This document shows, one piece after another, positions 50,990 through 60,089 of a stretch of 64,000 bases of DNA. Within the stretch, counting starts at the first letter, position 1, and each line of letters starts with the position of its first letter. The position numbers and the translations under genes are program-made. The stretch comes from Ilumatobacter sp. (GTDB taxonomy: Bacteria > Actinomycetota > Acidimicrobiia > Acidimicrobiales > Ilumatobacteraceae), in the NCBI RefSeq assembly GCF_041688325.1, contig NZ_JBDNIJ010000042.1:4003-68002 (forward strand). The letters are read 5' to 3'. The notes below the pieces were generated by a model. It searched no databases. It was not told where the DNA came from and worked only from the letters and a program-made list of their open reading frames with translations.

Positions 50990-51595
50990 GTGTCTCGTAT
51001 GACGATCCGACGGGCCGAGCAGTCCGACTTCCGTAATCTGTGCGTTACTGCGATGAGGGCCTTTGCCGACGACCCAGTCATGCGCTGGCTCTACCCAGAC
51101 GACGCCGACTATTTCCTTCCGAATGGTGCGGTGTTCGGGAGCTCGATGACCAACTGGTTGGCGAGTCAACAGCCGTGGTGCACCGATGATGCTGCGGCGT
51201 TGGCCATCTGGTTTCCACCGGTTGAGCCGGAGGCGCCGGAGCCAGAGCGGATCAAAATCGGCCCGCCACCGAGCGAAGATCAGCTCGCCCGCTTCGCGCT
51301 CATTGGCCCGGTCATGGCCGAGAACAAACCTGTCGAGCCGCACTGGTATCTCCAACTGCTTGCTACCCATCCCGACTGGCAGCGACTCGGCCTCGGAGCG
51401 CAACTTATGCAAGTGGCTTTCGAGCAAGCCGACCAACAGGGCGTTCCGTGCTACCTCGAAACCGAACGACCCGAACTTGTCGCGTACTACCGAACGTTTG
51501 GTTTCGATGTGTGCAGCGAGTGGGTTGTTGATCCTGAGGCAACCCTCGGTGAGGTCGGCCCAAAGATGTGGGGCATGTACCGCCCGACGCCATGA
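50990..51595 (+). CDS. GNAT family N-acetyltransferase
   Basis: 201 aa. IRRAEQSDFRNL start and acetyl-CoA motif-like QRLGLGAQLMQ. ATG 50999 is an alternative start. Confidence 0.7.
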   Translation: MSRMTIRRAEQSDFRNLCVTAMRAFADDPVMRWLYPDDADYFLPNGAVFGSSMTNWLASQQPWCTDDAAALAIWFPPVEPEAPEPERIKIGPPPSEDQLARFALIGPVMAENKPVEPHWYLQLLATHPDWQRLGLGAQLMQVAFEQADQQGVPCYLETERPELVAYYRTFGFDVCSEWVVDPEATLGEVGPKMWGMYRPTP

Positions 51596-51624
51596 CATCA
51601 ACCGCTACAGCTGGACCAGCTCTC

Positions 51625-51750
51625 CCAAAATGGAGACCATTTCACCCACTCAGTAGTAAGAAATGGTCTCCATTTCGGAACGAGCCCCGTCATCGGCCGA
51701 AACTGGGATCGTCGCGATGCGCCACGCGAGAGAGATGGTCTCCATTTTGG
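51625..51750. repeat. three copies of a 19-nt dyad motif (core AAATGG-N3-CCATTT)
   Basis: CCAAAATGGAGACCATTTC (51625-51643). Its reverse complement occurs with one mismatch at 51660-51678 and at 51732-51750. Confidence 0.85.
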
Positions 51751-52463
51751 AAGGGGGGTGAGGGAAGGGCTGAGGCGATGGCGGCGTGGGCGCGTGCTCG
51801 GAGGTCGGCCACGGCGTGCTCGAGACCTTCTGGATCGCGATACAGCGCGCTGCCAGCGATGAGGATGTTCGCCCCAGCCGCCGCGGCACCACCGATCGTG
51901 GTGGGGCTGATGCCGCCGTCCACTTCGAGTTCGATCTCGTCGCCGCGACCCGAGTCGTCGATCATCTTGCGAACCTGGGCAATCTTTGGTTCCATCGTGG
52001 AGATGTAGGCCTGGCCTCCGAAGCCTGGGTTGACCGTCATCACCAGTACGAGGTCGACGAGATCGAGAACATGTTCGATGGCGCTGACAGGTGTCGCCGG
52101 GTTGAGGGCCACTGCGGCATTGGCACCCAGCTCGTTGATGTTGGCGAGCGTGCGATGCAAATGCGTGCAAGCTTCGGCGTGCACGATGAGGCGTGAGCAA
52201 CCGGCATCGATGTACTGCTTGGCCATCACGTCGGGCGTATAGACCATCATGTGCGCCTCGAACGGCACGTTGCAATGCTGGCGGGCCGACTTGATGATGT
52301 CGGGGCCGAAGGTGAGGTTCGGCACGAATTGTCCGTCCATCACGTCCCACTGGATCAGATCGACCCCGGCGGCTTCGAGGTCAGCGACTTCCTGACCGAG
52401 CTTCGAGAAGTCGGCGGGGAGGACGGAGGGAGCGATCTGAATTGGACGTGCCACGCTGGCCAA
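51690..52463 (-). CDS. rpe: ribulose-phosphate 3-epimerase
   Basis: IAPSVLPADFSKLGQEV...DVMDGQFVPNLTFGP...MTVNPGFGGQ. The C-terminus is about 25-30 aa longer than I expect and runs into the repeat. Confidence 0.92.
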   Translation of the reverse strand: MASVARPIQIAPSVLPADFSKLGQEVADLEAAGVDLIQWDVMDGQFVPNLTFGPDIIKSARQHCNVPFEAHMMVYTPDVMAKQYIDAGCSRLIVHAEACTHLHRTLANINELGANAAVALNPATPVSAIEHVLDLVDLVLVMTVNPGFGGQAYISTMEPKIAQVRKMIDDSGRGDEIELEVDGGISPTTIGGAAAAGANILIAGSALYRDPEGLEHAVADLRARAHAAIASALPSPPFQNGDHLSRVAHRDDPSFGR

Positions 52464-52508
52464 AGTTAGCCGCGGTCGATGTCTGAGCTGAAAAGTCCGG
52501 TGTCGCTG

Positions 52509-52745
52509 TCAGTCGTACGACGAGTTGACGTCGTTCCACTTCTCGTCGTCGTTGTCCCACGCGTCGTTGCGTTTGGACGATGTGGCCTGCCAGTTCTCGG
52601 CTTCGGCCTTCGTGTCGTACGGTCCGAGGGTTTGGTCGCCGGGGCCACGATTGTCGGCTCGGACTGCAATCTTTTTGTCGAGATCCCAGTACCAATCGGT
52701 GTCCTTGGTTTCGACGACGCGTGTGTTGATCTTGCGTTCTGGCAT
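52509..52745 (-). CDS. hypothetical small acidic Trp-rich protein
   Basis: 78-aa ORF (DWYWDLDKKIAVRADNRGPGDQTLGPYDTKAEAENW). No family named with confidence. Confidence 0.5.
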   Translation of the reverse strand: MPERKINTRVVETKDTDWYWDLDKKIAVRADNRGPGDQTLGPYDTKAEAENWQATSSKRNDAWDNDDEKWNDVNSSYD

Positions 52746-52815
52746 GCCCTCATTCTTTCATCACCCGTCGGTCCTCATCCGACGCAGCACAGAGTCGTCG
52801 TCGTACGCTGGAGAG

Positions 52816-54021
52816 ATGCGTCTCACCGTGCGTCCAGATCGACTCGTTGCAGGCGGCGAGGCCATGGCGCGTGATGACGATGGACGGGTTGTCTTTATTC
52901 GGGGTGCATTGCCCGGTGAACTGGTCGAGGTCGAAGTGTCGTTGGCCAAGAAAGACTTCGCCAAGGGCACGGTCGCCGAAGTGATCGAGCCGTCGGACGA
53001 CCGCATCGACCCGCAGTGCTATCACCGCCGGATGGGATGTGGCGGATGCGGTTGGATGCACATCGACGCGTATGCGCAGCTCGAAGCGAAGACCGAGATC
53101 GTCCGGGAATCGCTGCGCCGTATTGCCCGGATCGATCCTGACGTTGTGGAGGGCATTGTCGATATGGGCGCCTCCGGCGAACCGTTCCGTTATCGCACGA
53201 CAATTCGTGTCGTTGGTGGGCCCGACGGTGGGCTCGGTTTCCGCGAAGAAGGCTCCGACACCGTGGTGTCGGTGAACAGCTGTGAAGTTGCCGTCCAGCA
53301 ACTCTCCGACCTGCTGCCGCTGTTGACGATTCAGCCTGGCGTCGAAGTAACGCTGCGCGCTTCGGTCGACACCGGAGGGATCACTGCCCGATGGGCCAAG
53401 CCGAAAGGGAAAGCTGGAACAGGCCTCGTCAGCGGCATCCCCGAGGACGTACACATCGGTGACCGCGGGTTCTTGACCGAGGTCGTCGATGGCGTCACGC
53501 TCCGAGTGTCCGCTGGGTCGTTCTTCCAGTCGGGTGTCGGCGCCGCCGAGATGCTCGTCGATGCAGTTCGCCGGGCAGCTCCAGAAGCCGCAACAGCACA
53601 ACACGCCGTCGACGCGTACGGCGGTGTGGGCCTCTTTGCCGCCACGGTGTTGGCCGGTGCCTCCAAGGTCACGGTGCTCGAGCAGTCGAAGTCGTCGTGC
53701 TTCGACGCCGAACACAATCTGGCCGGTCGCGACGCAGCGGTGATCCGCGGCGAAGTTGGCAATTGGGCGGCGTCCGACGAGCAACCGGTCGACCTCGTCA
53801 TTGCCGACCCGGCCCGATCCGGCCTCGGAAAGCCAGGGGTCGCAGCACTCGTCACGGCATCGCCGGCACCCATCGTGCTGATCAACTGTGATCCGGTGTC
53901 GCTCGCCCGTGACGTCACACTGCTTGCCGAGCACGGTTACCACCCTGAGCGTGTTGAAGTGCTCGATATCTTCCCGCAGACACACCATGTTGAAACGGTC
54001 ACGCGTTTCGTCGTTCGATGA
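52816..54021 (+). CDS. class I SAM-dependent RNA (uracil-5-)methyltransferase, RumA/TrmA family
   Basis: ATG 52816 preceded by GGAG. TRAM-like N-terminus, Cys cluster CYHRRMGCGGCGWMH, SAM-binding region DAYGGVGLFA, C-terminal catalytic region. The track ORF opens at 52525. Confidence 0.8.
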   Translation: MRLTVRPDRLVAGGEAMARDDDGRVVFIRGALPGELVEVEVSLAKKDFAKGTVAEVIEPSDDRIDPQCYHRRMGCGGCGWMHIDAYAQLEAKTEIVRESLRRIARIDPDVVEGIVDMGASGEPFRYRTTIRVVGGPDGGLGFREEGSDTVVSVNSCEVAVQQLSDLLPLLTIQPGVEVTLRASVDTGGITARWAKPKGKAGTGLVSGIPEDVHIGDRGFLTEVVDGVTLRVSAGSFFQSGVGAAEMLVDAVRRAAPEAATAQHAVDAYGGVGLFAATVLAGASKVTVLEQSKSSCFDAEHNLAGRDAAVIRGEVGNWAASDEQPVDLVIADPARSGLGKPGVAALVTASPAPIVLINCDPVSLARDVTLLAEHGYHPERVEVLDIFPQTHHVETVTRFVVR

Positions 54022-54692
54022 GTCCCGGCGACACGCACGCTCCCGGATCGTCGCCTGCTGAAAAAGATTCTGAAGCGGTTCATCTGCCAGCTGCATCGCC
54101 CCGTAGAAATGATGTGAAGCCGGAATTCGTCGAAGCATCTGACGCCGCACTCGTGGTGTCGATCAGCCGCTATGAGCAAGCCGCGCTCGCTGAGGCATAC
54201 CGTCGCAATGCCGGGGCCGTCTACGGGCTGGCCAAGCGGTTGCTCAGTGACCACGCTCGCGCCGAAGAGATCGTGCAGGAAGTGTTCGTTCGACTGTGGA
54301 ACCAGCCCGACCGTTTCGACCCTGATCGCGGCACCTTGCGGAGCTTCCTTCTCGCCCAGACGCACGGCCGATCGGTCGACATGATCCGGTCTGATGTGGC
54401 CCGTCGGAGGCGCGAAGAACGAGAAAGCCTTGCGCAGGCCGAAGGTGGCTATGACCTCGCACGCGAGGTGTGGGACATGGCGCTCGCCGGCCACGTCCGC
54501 GAAGCGCTCGAGGTGCTCACGCCGGGCGAACGCGCTGCCATTGAATTAGCCTATTTCGGCGGCCGTACCTACCGAGAAGCTGCGGACGAACTCGGTGAGG
54601 CCGAAGGAACAGTGAAGAGTCGGATTCGAGTCGGACTGAAGCGCCTCCGAAGCGAACTGTCGGCTGTCGGCATTACAAATGGAGCTGAGTGA
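54018..54692 (+). CDS. ECF-type RNA polymerase sigma factor (SigK-like)
   Basis: Region 2 EIVQEVFVRLWNQPDRFDP and region 4 LTPGERAAIELAYFGGRTYREAADELGEAEGTVKSRI. ATGA overlap with the upstream gene; the true start may be internal. Confidence 0.88.
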   Translation: MSPGDTHAPGSSPAEKDSEAVHLPAASPRRNDVKPEFVEASDAALVVSISRYEQAALAEAYRRNAGAVYGLAKRLLSDHARAEEIVQEVFVRLWNQPDRFDPDRGTLRSFLLAQTHGRSVDMIRSDVARRRREERESLAQAEGGYDLAREVWDMALAGHVREALEVLTPGERAAIELAYFGGRTYREAADELGEAEGTVKSRIRVGLKRLRSELSAVGITNGAE

Positions 54693-55462
54693 ACATGGAT
54701 ACCGACATGAATGAATCGTCGAGAGACAACTACGACCTCGACGAACTCCTCGGTGCCTACGCGCTCGACGCGGTTTCGCCCGAAGAGGCAAAGCGAGTCG
54801 AGGACTACCTGGCCATCAATCCGAAGGCAGCCGCTGAGGTCCGCGAACACCGCGAAGTTGCAACAATGCTGGCGTTTACCGGCATGGACGCTCCCGAAGG
54901 TGTGTGGAGTCTGATCGAGCAGGAACTCAACGCTCCGGCGCCCGCTCCGGGTCCTGAACTGGCAAAGGTGATGGCGCTCTCCGGGGCCCCACGCAAGCGT
55001 CGCATCTCGACCGTTGCACCGTGGTTGGTCTCGGCGGCTGCTGCAGCGATCGTGGGCATCGCCGCGGTCGGGTTGGCTGACCGGGCATTAGCTCCAATCG
55101 ATCCATTGGCTGCGGCATACGATGCAGCGGATGGCGACCGTGATTCGGGCCGGGCCACGCTCGTCGCAGACGGTTCGACCGCCCAAGCCACCGCCGTGAT
55201 CGATCAAGATGGCCACGGATTTATCCGTGCCGGAGCACTTCCGTCGCTTCCAGACGGCCAGACGTACCAGTTGTGGGGCGTCGTCGACACTGGCGCCGCG
55301 GAACCCGACGTGATCTCGCTCGGCATCTTTGGCCCCAACCCGGAACTCGAGACCTTCACGACCGACACTGCTGTCGTTGCGCTAGCGATCACCATCGAAA
55401 AGGCTCCGGGCGTCATCTCGAATGGCAATCCTGAGGGCATCTACATCGGCGAAGTCAACTGA
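54689..55462 (+). CDS. anti-sigma factor (RskA-like)
   Basis: N-terminal zinc-less anti-sigma domain LLGAYALDAVSPEEAKRVEDYL, central TM helix, C-terminal QTYQLWGV RskA-type domain. GTGA overlap with the sigma gene. Confidence 0.8.
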   Translation: MNMDTDMNESSRDNYDLDELLGAYALDAVSPEEAKRVEDYLAINPKAAAEVREHREVATMLAFTGMDAPEGVWSLIEQELNAPAPAPGPELAKVMALSGAPRKRRISTVAPWLVSAAAAAIVGIAAVGLADRALAPIDPLAAAYDAADGDRDSGRATLVADGSTAQATAVIDQDGHGFIRAGALPSLPDGQTYQLWGVVDTGAAEPDVISLGIFGPNPELETFTTDTAVVALAITIEKAPGVISNGNPEGIYIGEVN

Positions 55463-55513
55463 CGCGGTTCTTCCACCTGACCCGTGGCGCTGAGGCATAG
55501 CCTGCGGCTCGTG

Positions 55514-56422
55514 ATGCAACCGAAATTGTCCGCACCTGTCGCCGATGCGCTCGCCTCCGGGCGTGCGGTGGTGGCGCTCGAGTCGACGATTTTTTCCAAC
55601 CTCGGCCTGCCGTCTCCGGCGAACGTCGATGCGTTAGAGCGCTGCCTCGAAGCGATCTCGAGTCGTGGCGCAGTTCCGGCCGTGACAGCGGTGCTTGATG
55701 GCGTCGTGCGGCTTGGGCTCGAAGCAGACGAACACGAACGGATCCTTGGCACTGCCCGCAAGGCAGCCGAGCGTGATATCCCGGTTGCTGTCGGCCAGCG
55801 CTGGGAATTCGGGGCAACAACCGTCTCGGCCTCTGTGGCCATCGCTGCCGCAGCGGGCGTCACCGTCTTCGCCACGGGCGGCCTGGGTGGGGTACACCGC
55901 GGTGCCGATGCGACTGGCGACGTTTCAGCGGATCTGGATGCGCTGGCTCGCCATCGCATCGTGGCCGTCTCCGCCGGAGCGAAGGCGTTCCTCGACCTGC
56001 CGCGCACGCTTGAGTACCTCGAAACGATGGGCGTTCCGGTCCTTGGTTGGCAGCACGACTGGTTCCCGGCGTTCTACACCCGGTCGTCCGGATTGCCGAT
56101 TCCGCATCGGGTTGAGTCTGCTGATGAGGTCGCTCGGATCGCGGCATCGCTGACTCGTTCGCAGTCGGGGATGTTGCTCACCGTGCCAATCCCTGCAGCC
56201 GACGAGCTCGATGCAAGTCATCTCGACGAGGTGCTGGCCGGAGCGCTCGCTGAGTGCGCAGCGCAGGGCGTCACCGGTGCCGCCATCACACCGTTCGTGC
56301 TCGGTCGAATCGGCGAGGCGACAGACGGCCGGAGCATCCCGGCGAACCTTTCTCTCGCTGAGAACAACGCGAAGGTCGCCGCCGACGTGGCCGTTGCAAT
56401 CGCTGCTCTCGCCGTCGGCTGA
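55514..56422 (+). CDS. psuG: pseudouridine-5'-phosphate glycosidase
   Basis: VVALESTIFSNLGLPSPANV and ATGGLGGVHRG motifs. The track ORF opens at 55484. Confidence 0.88.
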   Translation: MQPKLSAPVADALASGRAVVALESTIFSNLGLPSPANVDALERCLEAISSRGAVPAVTAVLDGVVRLGLEADEHERILGTARKAAERDIPVAVGQRWEFGATTVSASVAIAAAAGVTVFATGGLGGVHRGADATGDVSADLDALARHRIVAVSAGAKAFLDLPRTLEYLETMGVPVLGWQHDWFPAFYTRSSGLPIPHRVESADEVARIAASLTRSQSGMLLTVPIPAADELDASHLDEVLAGALAECAAQGVTGAAITPFVLGRIGEATDGRSIPANLSLAENNAKVAADVAVAIAALAVG

Positions 56423-56438
56423 GCCGCCTGATCGATTT

Positions 56439-57026
56439 TCAGCGCCTGAGCCGCTGCTCGACGCGATCGAGGAACATCAACCGCTCCGAATCGGAGCACC
56501 GATCGACGTTATACAGCGCGAGCCACGAGGTGCGGCACAGCGGATGGCACATCGCGCGCAGGCTGCGGGTGATTGTTCGCTTGCCGCCCTCGCCCTCCAC
56601 CATGTTGATGTACTTCGGTGACCCGTGGGTCGTCACCGCAACGACCCTGCGTACGTTGCGCAGCCGCGGCGCCAGGCGGTTCGCTCCTTCGGGGAGTTCC
56701 CAGGCGACTCCGCTGGCCCAGACACGGTCGAACCATCCCTTGAGCATCGCGGGTTGCCCCGACCACCAGGTCGGGTAGACAAGTACGAGGGTGTCGCACC
56801 ACATGAGATCATCGGCATGCGATGCAATCGATGGGTCAACGCCTGGATCGAGGTGTGTGGCGTGCTCGTCGGCACGCAGTTCAGGAGTAAAGCCCTCACC
56901 GTAGAGATCGGTGAGGCGCACCTCGGCACCCGATGCTTCGAGGCCAGCCACGACTCGATCGCGCGCAGCAGCAACGAACGACGTGGGGGAGGGATGGCAA
57001 TAGACCACGAGGGCTCGCCGTGTCAT
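56439..57026 (-). CDS. flavodoxin-like fold NAD(P)H-dependent oxidoreductase
   Basis: 195 aa. ALVVYCHPSPTSF...LVYPTWWSGQPAMLKGWFDRVW. Confidence 0.8.
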   Translation of the reverse strand: MTRRALVVYCHPSPTSFVAAARDRVVAGLEASGAEVRLTDLYGEGFTPELRADEHATHLDPGVDPSIASHADDLMWCDTLVLVYPTWWSGQPAMLKGWFDRVWASGVAWELPEGANRLAPRLRNVRRVVAVTTHGSPKYINMVEGEGGKRTITRSLRAMCHPLCRTSWLALYNVDRCSDSERLMFLDRVEQRLRR

Positions 57027-57036
57027 CGCAGGTCCG

Positions 57037-57660
57037 TCATCGCAGCTCTGTCATCGACCGTTCGACCCGGGCAGCAAAATCGGCCCGCTGCTCGACGGTC
57101 GACGTGTCGATCGCGTAGAGGCCGTGCCAATGCGTGCGGACGCCGAACCCGCAGCTCAAACGAAGGGCTCGCATGATTGTTCGCCGGCCGTTGTCGTTGA
57201 CGACCCGAACGACCGACTTCGGCGATCCGTATGTGGAGATCCCAACCAGGTGGCGAACGTTGGTGAGGCCGGGCCGGATCTTGCCCGTCCGGGCATCGAG
57301 TGTAAACCCCACGCCCGGCACCATCACTCGTTCCATCCAGCCTTTCAAGATCGCAGGCAGCCCGCTCCACCAGGTCGGATAGACGAAGATCAACGCATCG
57401 ACACTGCGGACCAGGTCGGCGGATGTCTGTACGAGCGGATCGAGGATTGGTTCATCGCCCTGGTACGCCTTCCGCTCGGCTTCGCTCATCGCCGCCCGGA
57501 ACCCCTCGGCGTAGAGGTCAATGACATCGACGCGGTGTCCGGCAATCTCGAGGCCGGTGACGGCACGTTGGGCGAGGGCGTGGGCGTAGCTGTCTCCACG
57601 GGGGTGCGCGAGAACGACGGCGGCATGCACGTTGTCATTGTTGCTGACGTCTGGGCACAA
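57037..57660 (-). CDS. flavodoxin-like fold NAD(P)H-dependent oxidoreductase (tandem paralog)
   Basis: 207 aa. AAVVLAHPRGDSY...FVYPTWWSGLPAILKGWMERV. Same architecture as the neighbouring gene. Confidence 0.8.
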   Translation of the reverse strand: MCPDVSNNDNVHAAVVLAHPRGDSYAHALAQRAVTGLEIAGHRVDVIDLYAEGFRAAMSEAERKAYQGDEPILDPLVQTSADLVRSVDALIFVYPTWWSGLPAILKGWMERVMVPGVGFTLDARTGKIRPGLTNVRHLVGISTYGSPKSVVRVVNDNGRRTIMRALRLSCGFGVRTHWHGLYAIDTSTVEQRADFAARVERSMTELR

Positions 57661-57668
57661 CGCCGCAG

Positions 57669-58433
57669 TCAGTCGACGGCGACCTCGTCACGGTCAGATT
57701 TCAAGGTGAGAAACTGAGTGCCGGCGACGAAGAGAAGAAGGATGCCGAACATCACGTTCGACACCCCTGTACTGATGCCATCGGCGATGATTCCGCCTGT
57801 GATTGCCGACAGGACGCCGCACCCACCCGCGACCGCTGCGACCTTGAGGTCGACGTTGGCGTTTGCCCGATTGCGGATGGTCCCCATGATCGAGGTCGGC
57901 ACGATCACGGCGACCGAGGTGCCCTTGGCGATCAAGGGCACCATGCCGAACAGCACCACCATCGCGGGCACCATGACGACGCCGCCGCCGATTCCGAGCA
58001 GCCCCGAAAGCGTGCCTGTGGCGAGGCCGATGATCACGAGCAGCACGCCTGACCAGGTGGTGAGGTTGTCGCGGCCGGTGGTCTCGGTGGCGAGGAACAG
58101 CCGGACAGCGGTCGCCAGCACAGTGACGATGAACACGATGGTGATCGTGCGTTTCGGCAGGATTGTGAGCAGCTTGGTGCCGATGATTGCGCCGGTCACC
58201 GTGCCGATGGCCATTAAGGGAGCAACCGCCCAGTCGACGTTGCCGTTGACGACGTAGGTGCTGAGGCTGGCGAGCGCAATCGGCAACGTTGCTGCGAGTG
58301 AGGTGCCGTGAGCAAGGCGCCGTTCAAGCTTGGCGACGAGGACCAAGCCTGGCACGATGATCAAACCGCCGCCAACCCCGAAGAGTCCGCCGAGAGCGCC
58401 CGCTGCGAGGCCGACGAGCGCGACGATGCGCAT
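57669..58433 (-). CDS. TauE/SafE (TSUP) family sulfite/anion exporter
   Basis: Polytopic protein with repeated GxGGG motifs (GGLFGVGGGLIIVP, SGLLGIGGGVVMVP). ATG 58433 is preferred over the track start 58508. Confidence 0.8.
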   Translation of the reverse strand: MRIVALVGLAAGALGGLFGVGGGLIIVPGLVLVAKLERRLAHGTSLAATLPIALASLSTYVVNGNVDWAVAPLMAIGTVTGAIIGTKLLTILPKRTITIVFIVTVLATAVRLFLATETTGRDNLTTWSGVLLVIIGLATGTLSGLLGIGGGVVMVPAMVVLFGMVPLIAKGTSVAVIVPTSIMGTIRNRANANVDLKVAAVAGGCGVLSAITGGIIADGISTGVSNVMFGILLLFVAGTQFLTLKSDRDEVAVD

Positions 58434-58769
58434 GTCGGGCCTGGTCGTTGTCGGCGCTGCCACGTTCGTCACGGGGCGCACACTACGAGCAAGCCGAGCT
58501 GACCACATCGTTCCGCCGACTCCTGTTGGCTATGGCCAAAATTATCGACATCGAAGACATCGGACCGGCGTCTGCCAAGAAGCGCGCGGCCTGAGGGGTG
58601 AGTACCGCTGGCAGGCTGCTGAAGGTCGCGGATCACTCCGCTGGCCCAATGATCTCGCCAAGCAGGCCGCCAAGATGCCCGCGTTGTTTCACACGGATCT
58701 TGCCACCGGCCTCTGCTGGTGGACTCCGACCATTGCCGTGATGCGTGCGGACAGTACGGTCAGCGCCCA

Positions 58770-59462
58770 ATGAGCGCTCCCAACCTCTTCGCTGACGATT
58801 CGATTCTCTCCGACGACCCCGTCGATGCCGATGGAAACCCACTCGAGGTCCTGCATGACCGCGAGTACAGGGTCCGTGCGTTCAGATTGGCCCCTGACCG
58901 TGTGCTGATCCGCGGCGCCGTGCGCGATCAGAAGCCGCCGGGCTTGTACATCCCGGAGGATCCCGAGCCGCTGACCATCCATCACATGTTGGTCGACATC
59001 GAAGTGGCGTACCCGTCAATGGAGATCGTTGCGGCCAAGGTGCACATGGAGACGCACCCGAACCTCGAATGCACGCGAATCGAACCGCACTACGGCAAGC
59101 TCGTCGGGCTGTCGATCGCCCGTGGGTTCACCCACAAGGTCAGAGAGTTGTTCGGCGGGCCGCGGGCCTGCACGCACACCACAGCGCTGCTCCAGGCGAT
59201 GGCGCCGGTCGCAATCCAGTGCGTCTGGTCCATGCGGGCGTCTGATGCAAGCAAGCCCGGGGGAGCCGACAGTGGCGTTCCGATGGAGCGTTCTGACATG
59301 TGGAAAATGAACCTCAACACGTGTCACGTCTGGGCCGAGGACTCCGAGGTTGTTGCCAAGTACGCCGCGGGTGGAACCTTCGAACCGCCCGAGTTCGCAC
59401 GCGAACGGATGGTCGAACTCGGCATCTCGCCGAGCGACTGGGCCAAGCGGATGGGTTCCTAA
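58770..59462 (+). CDS. DUF2889-like protein
   Basis: 230 aa. IHHMLVDIEV and GGPRACTHTTALLQAMAPVAIQ resemble the DUF2889 signature as I recall it. Confidence 0.45.
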   Translation: MSAPNLFADDSILSDDPVDADGNPLEVLHDREYRVRAFRLAPDRVLIRGAVRDQKPPGLYIPEDPEPLTIHHMLVDIEVAYPSMEIVAAKVHMETHPNLECTRIEPHYGKLVGLSIARGFTHKVRELFGGPRACTHTTALLQAMAPVAIQCVWSMRASDASKPGGADSGVPMERSDMWKMNLNTCHVWAEDSEVVAKYAAGGTFEPPEFARERMVELGISPSDWAKRMGS

Positions 59463-59756
59463 CTCGACGTCGGGCCGGGAGCGTCGCGCATGGTTGCGGG
59501 GATCGTGGCCCTGTGGTGTGATGACTACTCGGTCGTCGTCGCTGCGGTGTTTTCAGAAGTCGATCTGACCAGAGCCGAGTCAGAGCCCGATGTACCGTTT
59601 GAACTGGCCTGACAGCGGGAGCTGATCCCGACCGGACCTCCCTCGTCAGTCCATGTTCGCTGGCTGGGTTCAGGTGCGACAGCACACGTGTCGAACGACG
59701 AGTCGAATTCGAGGGTGTCGATTGCCGTGGGACCTGGCACACTAAGCGACGTACAT

Positions 59757-59833
59757 GGTGGTCATAGCTCAATAGGTAGAGCACCAGGTTGTGATCCTGG
59801 CGGTTGGGGGTTCAAGTCCCCTTGGCCACCCCA
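59757..59833 (+). tRNA. tRNA-His (GTG)
   Basis: Manual cloverleaf: G-1, acceptor GTGGTCA/TGGCCAC, D arm GCTC/GAGC, anticodon stem CCAGG/CCTGG with loop TTGTGAT, T arm GGGGG-TTCAAGT-CCCCT, discriminator C, encoded CCA. Confidence 0.9.
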
Positions 59834-59892
59834 TTCGCAGGCATCGAGCGGGTGTCTGGCAAGAAATTGCTTGATACCCTCTCCGCCCGCTT

Positions 59893-59967
59893 GCTTCTCT
59901 AGCTCAATGGCAGAGCAGTTGACTCTTAATCAATTGGTTCTGGGTTCGAATCCCAGGGGAAGCACCA
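59893..59967 (+). tRNA. tRNA-Lys (CTT)
   Basis: Manual cloverleaf: acceptor GCTTCTC/GGGAAGC, D arm GCTC/GAGC, anticodon stem GTTGA/TCAAT with loop CTCTTAA, T arm CTGGG-TTCGAAT-CCCAG, encoded CCA. Confidence 0.9.
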
Positions 59968-59968
59968 C

Positions 59969-60018
59969 GAAGAAAGCCTCCGGCTGCGCAAGCGCAGCCG
60001 GAGGCTTTCTTCGTTTTC
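59969..60018. terminator. strong hairpin terminator after the tRNA pair (shared with the convergent - strand gene)
   Basis: GAAGAAAGCCTCCGGCTGCG-CAAG-CGCAGCCGGAGGCTTTCTTC followed by GTTTTCC. Confidence 0.85.
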
Positions 60019-60089
60019 CGGTGCATTCAGAAAGTCGGGATCGCTTGGTTTGAGGCCAAAGAAGCATGAACCGAGTTGGCGGGCGCCGC

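Noticed and set aside
59525-59740. 71-aa - strand ORF in the 290-nt spacer upstream of tRNA-His.
   Set aside because: Third-position GC is only about 63%, the sequence is Ser/Thr-rich and low-complexity, and there is no SD or motif. That is insufficient to call a gene. The spacer could equally hold the tRNA promoter.
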